A stretch of 64,000 nucleotides of DNA from Tubulanus polymorphus (taxonomy: Eukaryota > Animalia > Nemertea): positions 17,645,101 to 17,709,100 of the forward strand of contig NC_134025.1 in assembly GCF_964204645.1 (NCBI RefSeq). Reading direction: 5' to 3'. The notes under the pieces were generated by a model. It ran no database searches. It saw only the letters and a list, made by a program, of their open reading frames with translations, and was not told where the DNA came from. The position numbers and the translations under genes were made by a program. Numbering within the stretch: position 1 is the first letter of the stretch; each line of letters begins with the position of its first letter. Of the stretch, positions 37,192-50,615 are shown in pieces.

Positions 37192-38661
37192 AAGAAGTCG
37201 ACATTTTCCTCGAACCGAACCACATACATCCTCATTATTCCATAAATCTTTCCTTACTTAAGTATCAGCAATTTGGCGAAAAACAGCCCAAAACATAAGA
37301 AATTCAACATCCCTTAAGTCATTAATCACAATGTATAGGAATGGTACAATTACTAAGTACTTAATTCAGCAGTGACATGATTAAATGATTTATGAAACCC
37401 ATCATTACAACAAACCTATAGTACCATGATAATTCATTTCCAATTTTTTTTTTCAATAATTTTATTATTATTACTATTATTATTATCATTATAACTATTA
37501 CCACCATGGTTATTACTACTATTAGTATTATAATTCTATTATTATATTATTATGTTATTAACATTACATTATTAAAAAGCAACATGTATCTATTTGTAAT
37601 GCACCTTGCACATAATGCACGTGGGCACAGTGCCTTATTAATTATAAGTAAAGCCTTAGGCTTGCACTGTGTCCCTCATCTTATGTATGTAAAAACAATG
37701 TGTATTCTTATATGTTAGATAATCATGTATGACATAATGATGAAAATAAATTATATTTATAGATTTATAAATTATACCGTCTTTTGAAAAAATTGAGTAA
37801 TCCACAAATTTATATTCAATCTAAAAGGCAAAGGATCGTTGTGAACGGTTTAATCAATGAAGCACGCTCAAACTATGAGCAAGATATTTTAGCAAACCTC
37901 AATACAACCTCAAGGTCAAGCAAGGATTATTGGACTATCATTAAAAGCTGATAGGCAATAAATTTATTTCTAAAATCCCTCCTTTACTGGATGAACGCAC
38001 TAATAAACATTGGATTTCAAATATTGATAAAGCAAATCTGTTTCAAAACATATTCTCAGATAAATGCCATAAGGATCATGTAAATGGTAATTTCCCTTAT
38101 TTTCCCAATAGATGTCATACTAGTGTACAACTCCAGGAAATAAGTACTGCTTATATTATAAAACTTATAAAGGATATATCTTAACAAAGCGTGTGGGTCT
38201 GATGGTATCACAAACAAAATGTTAAAATTATCTACATGATATTTCACCTCTTATTTCAAGGTTATTTAATATTTTAATTGAGAAAAAAATTCTTTCCTTC
38301 CATTTGGAAAAAGGGGATGATAACCGTCATCTACAAAAAAGGGGACAAGTCAAACCCAAACAACTATCGACCCATTAATTTGTTAAATACGTTATCTAAA
38401 ATGTTTGAAAGAGTTATATATGAACCTATTATTCAACATTTACACCTACATTATTTACTATATGATAAGCAATCTGGTTTTATTCAAGGTCACAGCACTT
38501 CAGATCAACTACTTGCAATTACTTCTTTTATATTTGAAAACTTTAGGATCAATAAGCCTGTGAGATCCATATATCTTGATATTTCTGCAGCTTTTGATTC
38601 GGTAACACACTTCTCTTACATAAAATCATGGCATATCGAATACATGGAAAATCATATAACA

Positions 38662-39164
38662 CTAGAGTAATACCCGTAGAAACCACGGGTGATTTCCTTT
38701 GGCCCAGAACTTCAAACTGATCAATTTATTCGTAATGGAATAAAGTCAGGCCACTTAAAATCTATGTGTCCATGCCCGTGGAGACCCTATGAGCTTTGAT
38801 GACCTGTACCCGTGGAGACCGGGAACTATCGGAGGTAAACAAAATATGTACTGTGCTGCGCGGGACTCGAACTTCTGACCCATCAGGTGCCATTCTTGTA
38901 CTCTACAAACTGGGCCATTGGAATAGCATAGTGATACAGTACTGTAGAATTGTTTTGGTGCAGTAAGAGTCTATAATTAGAATTCCTGCTTACTGATTAT
39001 CTGAAATTTTGTCTGCCTCAGTTTGGCCCCCTATAAATATTTTCACACCCGTTTATACCCGTTGCATTAGTTTATACAATGATTGACTACCACACAAAAT
39101 TTCATAGCCCAATTCTTCTCCATGGCGACGCTATTTGGTACATAGTTTCGTATTAATATATAGA
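38662..39164 (-). mobile_element. 503-bp non-autonomous Helitron
   Basis: Minus strand A|TCTATATATTAA...CTAG|T with 3' hairpin ACCCGT-agaaacc-ACGGGT (38672-38690) and no TSD. Removal restores the LINE codons YNIIASYLNNRKI. Confidence 0.85.
38855..38925 (-). other. tRNA-like/SINE-head segment (A and B boxes) inside the Helitron
   Basis: Minus strand TGGCCCAGTTTG ... AGTTCGAGTCCC with tRNA-like spacing. Does not form a clean cloverleaf. Confidence 0.5.
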
Positions 39165-40984
39165 TTATAGCTTCATATTTGAACAATAGAAAAATCCAAG
39201 CACGAGTTGATGGAATGACATCAGAATTACCCCCCCCCCCCCCCCCGATAATTATATAAATTGCTCAGTACCGCAAGGTTCGATTTTGGGCCCACTTTTG
39301 TTTTTGTTAAATATCAATGACCTTCCACACAAACTTGCAAGTACAGCATTTTCATACGCTGATGATACATCTCTTTATATACCCATTGATCCAAATAATC
39401 CTGGTATTGCAAATATGACCCTTCGAAATGACCTTCAAAAAATATCAACATGGGCTTTTCTGTGGAAATTAGAATTTAAAGCCAGTAAAAGCTGTGAGCT
39501 TCTGTTTACGAAAAGAGGTGAAATTATGTTTAATCAAATGTATTTAGGAAACAATCCAATACCAAGAGTAAAAAATAGTAAATCATAAGCATTTGGGATT
39601 TGTGCTTGACTCAAACCTGTCTTTTGAATGTCACGTCAACTCCATTTATGAGAAAGTACTTAAATGTATACATCCTCTTAAATCTAAACTTAATCTACAA
39701 ATCCTTTATCTATCCACATAATGAGTACTGTGATATATTGTACAATAGTGCTCCAAAATTGTCTTTGGAAAAATTAGAACGTCTACATTATAAAGCAGCA
39801 CTATTGGTATTGGGTTGTTTACAAGGTTCTAACACCTAAAGGTTTTTAAATATACTTAATTGGCAAACGCTTGCCTCAAGACGTAAAGAACAGCTTCAGC
39901 TATTCATGTATAAAATAAAATTAGGACATTGTCCATCCTAAGATCAATCAATTTTTAGGAATTTTAGAGATAACCTTAGAGAATGAACAACACTAATGCA
40001 ACGTCCATTTCGAATTCCGGCCACTATATCTTCAAAAATTGCTAATTCTTCTTATTTTCGGTTAACGGAATCCTGGAATAATACACACATTGATATCAGG
40101 AGCTACCCTACTTTTTTGCAATTCAAATCTAAGATACTACACTGCAAGACCAGTTTATCTGTAATTTTTACACTACAGCTTCCAAATTTAAAACGATCAG
40201 AAGAGATTTACCTGAATAGGATTCGTGTAGATTTCTTACTTAAAGGTCAGCTCTACCGTCATAATTTCATAGATATATTATCCCTTAACTGTAACTATTG
40301 CAATAGATTTCTAAATACAAGGCATTTCTTAATTCAATGTCAGCAACCTGCCCTATTAACCAATATAGCATCTCTTTTTGCAGAATTGAATCTCATTCAA
40401 ACAAACCTTGTGGACTACTTTGAAACCCTTTCGCTCTCACAGAAATTTTTACTCTTTGGTGACAATCAAACTTTTAACTTTGATATAAATCAGCAAATTA
40501 TTAAAAATTCATAAGCATTTATTGTTAAAGCCCATTGAAACTTCTGAGGATTCTACTTTCTGTCACCACTATTGATACACCCTTTTTGAATTTTTTCTTT
40601 TCTTTCTGTTTTGTGTTTTCTCCTTTGTATACATGTATCAAGAAGTATTATCTAATCGGCCTGTTAATAATATATGTAGCTTATTTCATTAATACTAATA
40701 ATGTCCTTATGGACTTCAGTATTATCTATAGATGCATTTATGTTAAAAAACAAGGCAAGTAAACTTCTTATATAAAAAAAAAGAATGTTGACTCGGGTTG
40801 CGTTTCTTGGAAATAGTCATGTTATAAACGGATTAGAATTATTTCGATGAAATTTTTGTACGCTTCCCAGTGCGACATATGAACCAGTTAGGCAGAAACC
40901 CGTAATCGCTGCAATGCAGCTATACTCAATATTATTACAATTTCAATATTATTACAATTATCATTATCATTATTATTATCATTA

Positions 40985-41150
40985 CCATCTAAGAGCAGGG
41001 TAACTTCTAGGCCAATCATTTTAGACGGTGGTGGTCTGTATATGGTTATCAAATGAAGGGCAACCGATTCCGCGTCTGTGAGGCCTATGTACTTGAACGA
41101 ATATAACATTGATGGGTGATGAATCTTTTCAAAAATCTGCTCATGATTTA
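40985..41150 (-). pseudogene. LINE APE endonuclease fragment
   Basis: SFKYI...LHLITIYRPPPSK motif. Confidence 0.5.
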
Positions 41151-41399
41151 TATTGTTGTCATCTTACAACTAATGAGCTATATCAGCTTTTTGGTTGCAT
41201 ATATGTGTAGGGCAGATACACGTTTAAACCAAATATCATGACAACTCATTACAGTATCTTTAAAACTTTCCAGAATAAGTTCATTCCATCTATGGACAAA
41301 TGAACCAATGGACAGAGGGATGGATTATGGAAAGTGAATGCAACAGCCCACCTGAAGTCCAAAATGGGACAAAAACTGAACAATTAGAGAAAATGACTG

Positions 41400-42078
41400 C
41401 TATCACTCAACACGAAAGTGGCGTAATGTCATCCCAATTTGTTAAAAGCTAACCTTTCTTCGCAAGAGTGGGAGAGCTATTCAAGATATCTACCAAAGTG
41501 GGCATATATGAGCGAGAAAGCTGATTTTAAATAGGTGTAATTCATGGACCAAGTTTGAAAGAAAATTCACATTATTTGATGTGTGTAGAGCACTTACAAG
41601 AAATTCAAAATGCCCTCTGTGGTGACAATATTAGGTGAGTGAGAGAGCAAATTTGTTATGGGTTTTATCCATGGACCTACCCCATTATACAAACCAAAGT
41701 TAAAATAAATTGCATATCATTGAATGCGTACAGTGCTAACAAGTAAATCAAGATGCCAGCAATATTGGATGCGCAAGAACGCTAATTTTTGTAATGTTTC
41801 ATCTATAAGCCTACCCCATTACACAAAGTTAAACAGAGATTGCATGTTATTTGATGTCTATAAAGCGCTAACAAGGAATTCAATATGTCTGCTGTAGTGG
41901 TGGCCATATTGGAAGAGCGAGAAAGATAATTTACGATAGGTTTCATCATGAGCTCACCCCAGAATACAAACCAAGTTCAGAAGTAATTGCATTTTATTTA
42001 ACGTGTGTAGAGTGCTAGCACGACATCCAAAATGTCCACTGCGGTGGCCATATTAGATGAGCAAGAAAGCTAATTTTC
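41400..42078. repeat. Diverged tandem array, units of about 135 bp (Helentron-type internal satellite)
   Basis: Recurrent ggccatattgga..gcaagaaagctaattt..cccattatacaaaccaa..gtgctaaca, about 5 units. Confidence 0.7.
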
Positions 42079-43561
42079 ACCCCTGGGCGTAGTCAGTAAC
42101 CTGACTGCGGTTTAGTTTCACGATCGGATATTTTCACAAACCACAGTCAGGAATGGGAAGGTCATTTTTCAATGAAATTTTCGTGAGTCAATTTGACTCA
42201 CGAGTAATTTGCCTGTCATTTCATTGTCTCTTAAGATATCCGTCTAATTTTTCTTGTAATCAACGCACAACAGATTCGTTGTTTGTTTGATACCCATAAC
42301 ACCTCACCTGACGATCTTAATCCACGTGCAAATCGGCCGTAAAGTGAGAGTAAATTTCCGTCGATTCGACGGCGGCCATTTTGAAAATTTGTGGAGGGTG
42401 CTGGCACCTGTGGACTGAGGCCAGGACAACAACACAAACTAACGAAACGAAACGACAAAATTGAAAAAAAATTAAGAGACCCGACACTAATTCACATTTT
42501 CCATCAACCAGAATTTATTATTTCACTATTTATTTTGGAAAACACGAAAATTTGAAATATATATCGGAAAACCATCAAAAATAAAAATTGTTGTTTCGTC
42601 TTGAAAGTTTTATAGAAATCTTTGTAGGTCACCTTGTCTATCATGCCACATGTATGCAATACAGAGAAATGGCGGCCAATGGCGGAATTTGCAAAGAAAT
42701 TAATTGATTTCTCAAAACAATGTTGATTAATCGCTCAAAACATTCATAAAATTGGATTATTTCGAAAGGTACCTGTGTTAATTTGTGAATTAAGCCATTA
42801 ATTGTGGACTGAAGTCAATAGAAAGTATATTTTTGAAGTGTTACTTTTTTCAACCGTGTTTTGGCCCTTGCCATCCCTAATGTTAGTATAAGCCCATCCG
42901 AGCTTACCACCAACGATTAGGTAACTAACTACCATGGACCAACCCGACGACAAAAACATTGCAATTAATTTGAAATGTGTAGTGAGCTAACATGGGAAAG
43001 CGTACAGTATAAAATAGAATGTCAACCGGCCCTACTGGGATGACAAAATTACATTTTTCAACCTTTTAAGAATGGAACTTGGTCTAATGAAAAACGTACT
43101 TAGTTGTTGCACGCAGTCTTTTACCAACTTTTGCTCTTTCTCTTCTAATAACCCAGTTTCAAACTCCAAGTTTGCAGACTAAAATAAAAAATTGGGGAAA
43201 AAATAATTTTCTATAAATGCAATTGTTAGATGTCACTTCATCTACACTGCTGGAAACCAAATCAGCCGGCAGCTATATCATACCTCTTCAAAGCTGACAC
43301 CAGTTTATATGGAAAAACTAGCGCCACCAGAAAAAGGCATTCATTTGTTGCAAATGGAAAGAGAAAAGCAGATGTGCATGTTTTATGTAATCCTGCATGA
43401 AATGTTAACTGAAGAGTGTACAATCCTGTACGCGTAAATTACAATGATGTTCAACTTCCTGAGGTTAACCGTTTCAGTGCTGACTAATTAATACCCTATA
43501 GTGCTGGTGATAATTGGAATTTCTTTTCAAATTCCACCCTAGCGTGTTGAATAATGGGAAT

Positions 43562-43753
43562 ACCACTAAAGTGCGTCTACACCGCGGCGCGGTATATTGT
43601 TAGTTACCAGTATTTGACTATGTTTGACAGGTGCTGTCATTTTTTAAGAGAGATAATTACTAATTACATCAATACACTGCAGTGCGTTGAACTAGCAAAA
43701 TCCATCACCGATTTATACACCGCACTGCCGTGTAGACGCACTGATAGGGTTAA
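43562..43753. mobile_element. Small piggyBac-like MITE remnant
   Basis: Inverted repeat AGTGCGTCTACAC / GTGTAGACGCACT; the right end is GGG-TTAA. Confidence 0.45.
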
Positions 43754-44371
43754 CCATACTCTAATTACAATGTAATAGATAACCATCTTTTTCTGGATAT
43801 CGTCATTCAACAACATATCGAACAGGCTAGTATGCCAAAAAAATTCTGTTTAATTGTTTTAATCAGAACAGAGATTTAATGATGCCAGTTCTCTTCATAT
43901 CCATTTATAGTGTGAGTTAACTTATCTCAGCACTTAATGTTAGAGTTGTCTGAATAGGCACAATAAATCTAATAGATAATCAACTTGGGTTGATTTTTAT
44001 GGATTTCATCTTCAACAATTGAATATGGAAGCCATACTGGATTATGATTTTGCTGAAGAACTAGGGGTCCAGGGACATAATGCCCCGTTGGCAAGTGGTT
44101 TAAAATGCTAAATACCCTAACAATATCAATTATCAAAGCACCCTGGTGACCATATATTGTTGAGAAACCAATGACCCTGAAACTCACACAATCATAGAAT
44201 ATGCCAAGGGCTACAACTTTCTCGGTTCCAGTCGACTTTTTTGGTCGGTTTTTAGTAGGAGCCGCATGAGCAGAAGAATTGTATATCATTCAATATTTAA
44301 CTTCCACTGGTGCCAAGAACTAAAGAATTTGGTTGATCCCAAATTCCATGTGAGGAGATATATCCTATAAT

Positions 44372-47245
44372 GGAGATATGAAAGGCTGAATCCAAGAACA
44401 TGTCTATCACACTTTTGAGCCCAAAACGTCTACTTTTACTTAGTAGCCACTTGAGAACAATAAGCAATTAACGATATCGGCTACTTTTCCAGTAGTATAC
44501 ATTTCAAAACAGACACTCTGAAATAGTATTCCTATCAATTCGGTTGGTTTTTCATAGTGGCTGTTTCGAAGAGTCTACTATTGAAAAGTGACCATTTTAA
44601 AACATCTGGTTTTGATAACCATAACGGCTACTCTCAAAACATATCATTTCTAAAAGTCAACTATTGAAAGTGACCATTTTGAGATCGCTTGCCAGATTCC
44701 CTGTTATAAATACACTTCGCAACATATGCTTCCGATTTGCAGTGATACGTGACAATATAAACATACTGAGAAACTATACTCACCTATAGTTTGGGGTATA
44801 GTTCTATTTAGAGTGACTAAGTTAAGATCTGAAGATATTGTAGATACTCTTTGAGGATGTGAAATGTAATGAGCGATTCCCAACCCTAACCAATAAAGGT
44901 CGAGATAGGAAATAAATTTATTTACAAATCGCCAATAGTTATGTAGTTTTAAGATAAATCGAAATTTCCTTCTTTTTCGTGGCGATATAATTTAATGAAG
45001 AATTCAATTTGACCAAATGCAGCTATTTTCAAGCATAGGTCTGCATTTATTTTTGATTTAAATTCTTTAATTAAAAGCGCAATCATAAATTCAGGCTAAC
45101 CTCTCATTATTGAAATGGTGGTTTATTTTCAACGGGGGCCTGGATGTCTTTGCATCTTATAGTACGATCTGTTCGAATTTCCCTGAATTCTAATTTCGCT
45201 GCATCATTGATTTTTTTAAACAAAATATGCTACAAATATCCATGTGGATTTTAAACATTCTAAAGAAATCATCTAAATCAAGCCCATATTTGATCAAATG
45301 TAATATCAATGAGAAACATTGTATGGTATTCAAGATTTCATTTGGTGAAACCGCAACGTTTCGACGGGTGACTAAAACAGCCATCATCAGGTGGAATGTA
45401 GACATTCCTAGTGAGAAGGGCTTTTAGTCAGATGGCTGTCAGTCAACAGCCGAAATGTTGTGGTTTAACTTAAATAAATTTCATGATACAAAATTCTATC
45501 GTGGAATTTCTTCGTTTATCTACAGTTAACGGATTAGAGTATTTTATTCGACTACTTCGGGTCCTGTAGTCGTTAACGTCGAAAATTATTCACTTTTCGG
45601 CACGGAAGCGATATACAACCGTGTTGGTCGCTATGATAGGGATTCCCTGTCTATCTGCACCTTAAATCGGTACCTGTTGGTTCTAGCCTGCATTTGCTTC
45701 CAAATTCAAGTATTGGTATCGTCATTCTTACTCTGAATGCACCTCTGTTGTCGAACATGGTGCCACATATTAGAAGTTATTATTTTACGATAATTTGTTA
45801 AAAAGAGTTTAGTTGGAAAAAACTGATAATTATCTTAAATGATCATTGGTTCATCGATTCAGCGAAGTTCAAACACCGTACATTTTGGCATATTATTTTA
45901 TTGGCACCTTGAAATAAAGTCTCATAGAGATATTGCGGTGCTAAGTTTATTACTATTAAGAGGTAATTACTTTTGGTTCGAGGTCATTTGGTGGCCAATG
46001 CAGTTTGTTCATTCGTTCATCAATTACTGTCTAGTTAGCCAGTGTGTAATTGACCTGCTGACCGATAGCTGCTGCTGGGTTTTTGATAACCTATATAAAC
46101 AATTTACTCAACAAAGTACGAAAGTATGAGAAACTGAAATCACAGCCTATCGCATTTCTTTCACTTCTTAAGCCAAACAAAGTTTTCTCTATCAAATGAA
46201 ATTGCTGATTTCAAAATTACTTGAATATCTCAACACTGCACTTTTATACGCTAATCGTGTGATCTTTTATAATAAGTTGGTAATTTCATTTCAACCAAAC
46301 TGTATAACTATGAAATAATATTTGATCAGGCAATCACTTCTAGCAAGCGATAAAACGATTCATGAACAAGCCATGAACAGCGAGACAAAGTGAACATCAC
46401 ATGGATTACTTAAAAATCCTTTTTATCGAAATAAACAATAAATTCAAGGTTAATTCTTAATATCTTACATTTTTTTCGGATTATTTTGTATAGTCTTCAT
46501 CCAGATAATGAGATAAATAGGACGTAATTCATTTTATGAATATATGATTTTATTTGTATATTCCTCTCTCATATATCCTTAAAAAAATATGTTTATCAGA
46601 TAGTATGAATGCACCAGAATGTCTTATAATCGCAAATGTAAAACAGAAATCTTAAAATTCTTAATTAGGACTGGCACTATCACTATATTAGTATTAATGG
46701 ATTTAATCCATGATGATGTTATATAAATCAATAGTTTTCCTATTGGATATTGCCATTTTGTTGAGCGTAATATAAATTAGGGAATTCTTGGCAACTCCAA
46801 AACTTGGATTTTCTATTCACACAACTGTATTCAAAGCATACAGAGTTCTGTATACAAAGCATATAGGGTTTAACAGTGCCTTTGAACCTGTCACGTATCA
46901 CTGCAAATCTTTAACAGATGCTGCTATTTTGAACAGGAAATTACAAAGTCACTGTTTACAGGCGGGTGGTTTTACAGTCACCTCTACTGCTACAGTGCAC
47001 TATCAAAACCAGATGTTTTAAAATGGTCTCTTTTCAATAGTAGACTCTTCGAAACAGCCACTATAGAAAACCAACCGAATTGAAAGGAATACTATTTCAG
47101 AGTTACTGTTTTGAAATGTATTCTACTGGAAAAGTAGCCGATATCGTTAATTACTCATTGTTCTCAAGTGGCTACTAAGTAAAAGTAGACGTTTGGGCTC
47201 ATAAGCGTGATAGATATGTTCCTTGATTCAGCCTTTCATATATCC
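44372..47245. mobile_element. 2.9-kb non-autonomous TIR element with about 245-bp TIRs, GG..CC ends and 3-bp AAT TSD
   Basis: 44372-44617 is the reverse complement of 47001-47245. AAT at 44369-44371 and 47246-47248. The interior is homologous to 22260-25140. Confidence 0.75.
45351..45394 (-). ncRNA. Minimal type I hammerhead ribozyme motif
   Basis: CCAC-CTGATGA-tGGCTG...CGTC-GAAAC GTT-GCGG. A partial inverted partner lies at 45431-45463 (GATGGCTGTCAGTCAACAGCC GAAAT GTT GTGG). Confidence 0.6.
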
Positions 47246-47625
47246 AATGACAGCGCTAATCATCATCGAATATAAAGGTTATAAGTTCAAACCCGCCGTT
47301 AATTTACTCAAAAATCCCTTTTTCCACCTATGATAAAGTACTGATGATACTAAGATGGCCGTCAATTGTATCAAAGGTCCATTTTAATAGAATACCCACA
47401 ACAAATTGCAATGAAAAATGCCAAACCATTAGGAATTGACAAGACTCAAAATTCAGGCCAAAATTGACATTTTTGGGCACAAAAAGGTCACAGGATGGCC
47501 ATCTTGAGACCGATTAACCCAATTGTTGTTATGCTGATGGGCCCTTGGGGGATACAAATATATACGAAAGATCAAGGTAACTGATCAAAGCATCTTCAAA
47601 ATTTCCCTCAAAAAGATCAATAAAA

Positions 47626-50615
47626 TGCCCATAGGCAAAGTGTGGTTTACCTTGAAAGCTAGAGGTTGTTTGGGGTAAGGGCATTGCTTGAAAAATCTTA
47701 ATAATTCGTGACTTCAAAGTTCTACAAGTTTAAATATTGTATTTTATCTTTCTTAAAGAATTATTTTGTAGTCAAATAAGACCAAAGATATACATTTGTT
47801 TGTGTTCCACATCCAAAATTTCATAAGGTACAGGTAGGCGCGGCAGGGAACCTATTTTATATTTTCAAAGACATATTTTTTACAGTATGAAAAAATATTC
47901 GAATAAAATTCATATGATGTCACATCAGAGGGTGGCTGAATATTTAGTCCTGGAAAACTCTTCCAATGTATGGCTGCGCTGCGGAATCTAAACCGGCGCA
48001 GTAAGAAATAGGCATATGAGATCGTTTTAAATCCTGGAATTTACCACTACGATATTCAGACCTCAACCTATACCTATAGTTTGCTGCTTAGTATTTTCAG
48101 GAGACAAGAAATTACAATTTATTACAAATTCTATCAAACAGAAAACACAGCGCTCATCTACTGCTGATGAAATGTCAAACGCGCCCGCAAGCAGCTTTAA
48201 GGCTGGCTTATGTCGACAAGCAACGCGACGCCTACCGACACAACTGGGTTTATCGCCAATTAGCGGCAACTAGCGGCCTACGAGAGGCCGCCAGTAGCTC
48301 CTCAATCAGTTCGACATAAGCCGAGTTGCTCGTTGCTAGTTGCCCATGTTCTACTCCGGCCTACGGTAGGAGGGCAGTTGCTTTCGAGCCGACATAAGCT
48401 CATCTGCGACGCGACGGAACTAAGCGCAGGGGTTCCAGCCAATGAGAGACCGCATATGTTGCGGTCCGTTTCCTTTTTTTACTGCTCTGACGAGTGTCCG
48501 GCTCGCCGTCCGCATTGTGCAATCTAAGTTTAGTGTTTTGGCGCGTGTCGCGTTTCTTACCCGTGTGGGTTCCTTAGTTTAGTTTTGTTGTTGCCGCAAT
48601 GTTTTCGGTGAGTTGGTTGTTCTTCGTAGTTGCTACTATTAGCCCTGTCTATGGGCGTGTTGGTTTAAAGTTATTAAAATTAGCTTTTGTACTTAGTGTG
48701 ACTTAATATTAGCCTCCTAGTCCAAGTGGCATGTGGGGGGGGGGCAGCAACAGTCGGTACCTGTAGCACATGAAAGTTTCTAATGTATGTTATATGTGTA
48801 TCGTTTTTTTGTAGTTAATCTTATCTGATCGCTTCCTTATACCGAAATAAATTCAACTCAGAACGATATAGCGGCGTTGTGGTGATTTTGTCGTAGAGGT
48901 ATATGTCGACGAGTGCCTCAGTCTTAGTCTACCCCTTATAGCATATATATAGTACAAATTATCACCGCTAGTTCGCGTCATTCGTAATTAGTCATAAACT
49001 TTCAAATTCAAGTGGTTCAAAACGTAAACCAAACCTTCAGCATGCCAGAGGACTGGACCGAAGATCTAGAAATGAAATTGGTAGAATTATGGTGTGAGCA
49101 TAATTACATTCTCACCAGCAATGAGCATTTGAAATTCGCACGTATATGGCACCTAGTCCAATGAAACGTTCGCCATTCTATGGCTTTCCCATAATTATTT
49201 TAGTAGCGCCGGAATTCCCCATATATCCCAAAAACAGGCAATCACATTCGCTCGTAGAGACAACGCCCCCCAATTGAGGTCATTGCAATTTCATACGCGA
49301 GAGCTAAGAATTTTCCCACCAAAAACAGTTTTTCGACCATGTCATCGACGGAGGTTCACCATGTCTTCAATCGCATCGATTATACGTCGTTTAAGCCGAG
49401 AACCAATGAAACAAATGCTCACATATATATTGCCCATGGGCAAAGTGTGGTTTACCGTGAAAGCCAGAGGTTGTTCGGGGTAAGGGCATTGCTTGAAAAA
49501 TCTTTTTAATTCGTGACTTCAAAGTTCTATCTTGTATTTCATCTTTCTCTTTATTTTGTAGTCAAATAAGACCAAAAATATACATTTCGTAGGGTACAGG
49601 TAGGCGCGGCAGGGAAACTATTTTATATTTTCAAAGAAATATTTTTCACAATATGAAAAAATATTCAAATAAAATTCATATGATGTCACATATCAGAGGG
49701 TGGCTAAATATTTAATCTTGGAAACCTCTTCCATTGTATGGCCGCGGAATCTAAACCGGCGCAATAAGAAATCGGAATTTTAAATCCTGGAATTTACTAC
49801 TAAAATATTCAGACCTCGACCTATACTTGTAGTTTGCTGCTTAATATTTTCAGGTCACAAGAAATTACAATTTATTATAAATTATATCAAACAGAAAACA
49901 TAGCGCTCATCTTCTGTTGATGAAATGTCAGACGCGCCAGCAAGCAGCGTTTACGGTATCACTATAGTAGTGTATACTGTACGAGCGTGTGTTTGTGTAT
50001 GCAACAGTCTATAGCACTCCGCGCGCACGTGGAGGCCATGTGTAAGTGAATGTTCGCTTGCACTTCAATGTCAATCAAATCAATCACCGGGTATTAAAAT
50101 GAAACAATACCTATGCCGGATAATAATTACATTCTCATCAGCAATGAGCATTTGAAATTTGCACGTATACGGCACCTAGTCCAATGAAACGTTCGCCATT
50201 CTATGGCTTTCCCATAATTATTTTAATGGCGCGGGAATTCCCCGTATATCCCAAAAACAGCCAATCGCATTCGCTCGTAGAGACAACGCCCCCCAATCGA
50301 GGTCATTGCAATTTTATACGCGAGAGCTAAGAATTTTCCCGCCAAAAACAGTTTATCGTAGAATTTTAACAAAGTTGACCATGTACATCGACGGAGGTTC
50401 GTCATGTCTTCAAGCGCATCGATTATACGTCGTTTAACCCGAGAACCAATGAAACAAATGCTCACATAAAAAACCGTACCGCGATTTTACATGAAATTGG
50501 CTCAATGCCAACTTCATATCGCTGACAAAGGTAAACCAAAAAACATACCACAATTTTACATGAATTGGCTCAATGCCAACCTCATATCGCTGACAAGGGT
50601 AAACCAAAAAACTAT
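47626..50615 (+). repeat. Two tandem copies of family Y (47626-49422, interrupted; 49430-50615)
   Basis: Both begin gcccat(a/g)ggcaaagtgtggtttacc and are colinear. Confidence 0.85.
48201..49100 (+). mobile_element. Truncated Harbinger-like element ending in the start of a Myb/SANT(MADF)-like ORF
   Basis: TAA|GGCTGGCTTATGTCGA start with internal inverted TCGACATAAGCC. MPEDWTEDLEMKLVELWCEH at 49042-49101. Confidence 0.55.

Larger units (their letters stand above)
33698..37430 (+). mobile_element. L2/Crack-type LINE ORF2 remnant (APE C-terminus and RT), interrupted by Penelope
   Basis: TATLID..ISDHL, EPWMT, QYGFRSGHST, GVLQGLVLGPLLFLL, FANDTT, TYGI. (TA)n inserted at 33848-33905. The 3' part appears to resume after about 37200. 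Confidence 0.8.
37780..40515 (+). mobile_element. CR1-like LINE ORF2 remnant (RT and C-terminus), interrupted by a Helitron
   Basis: KKGDKSNPNNYRPINLL, QSGFIQGHST, LDISAAFDSV, VPQGSILGPLLFLL, YADDTSL, YKSFI..EYCD. Related to 59982-61964. Confidence 0.88.

Noticed and set aside
42305-42345. CACCTGACGA as another hammerhead
   Set aside because: No stem II or GAAA follows.
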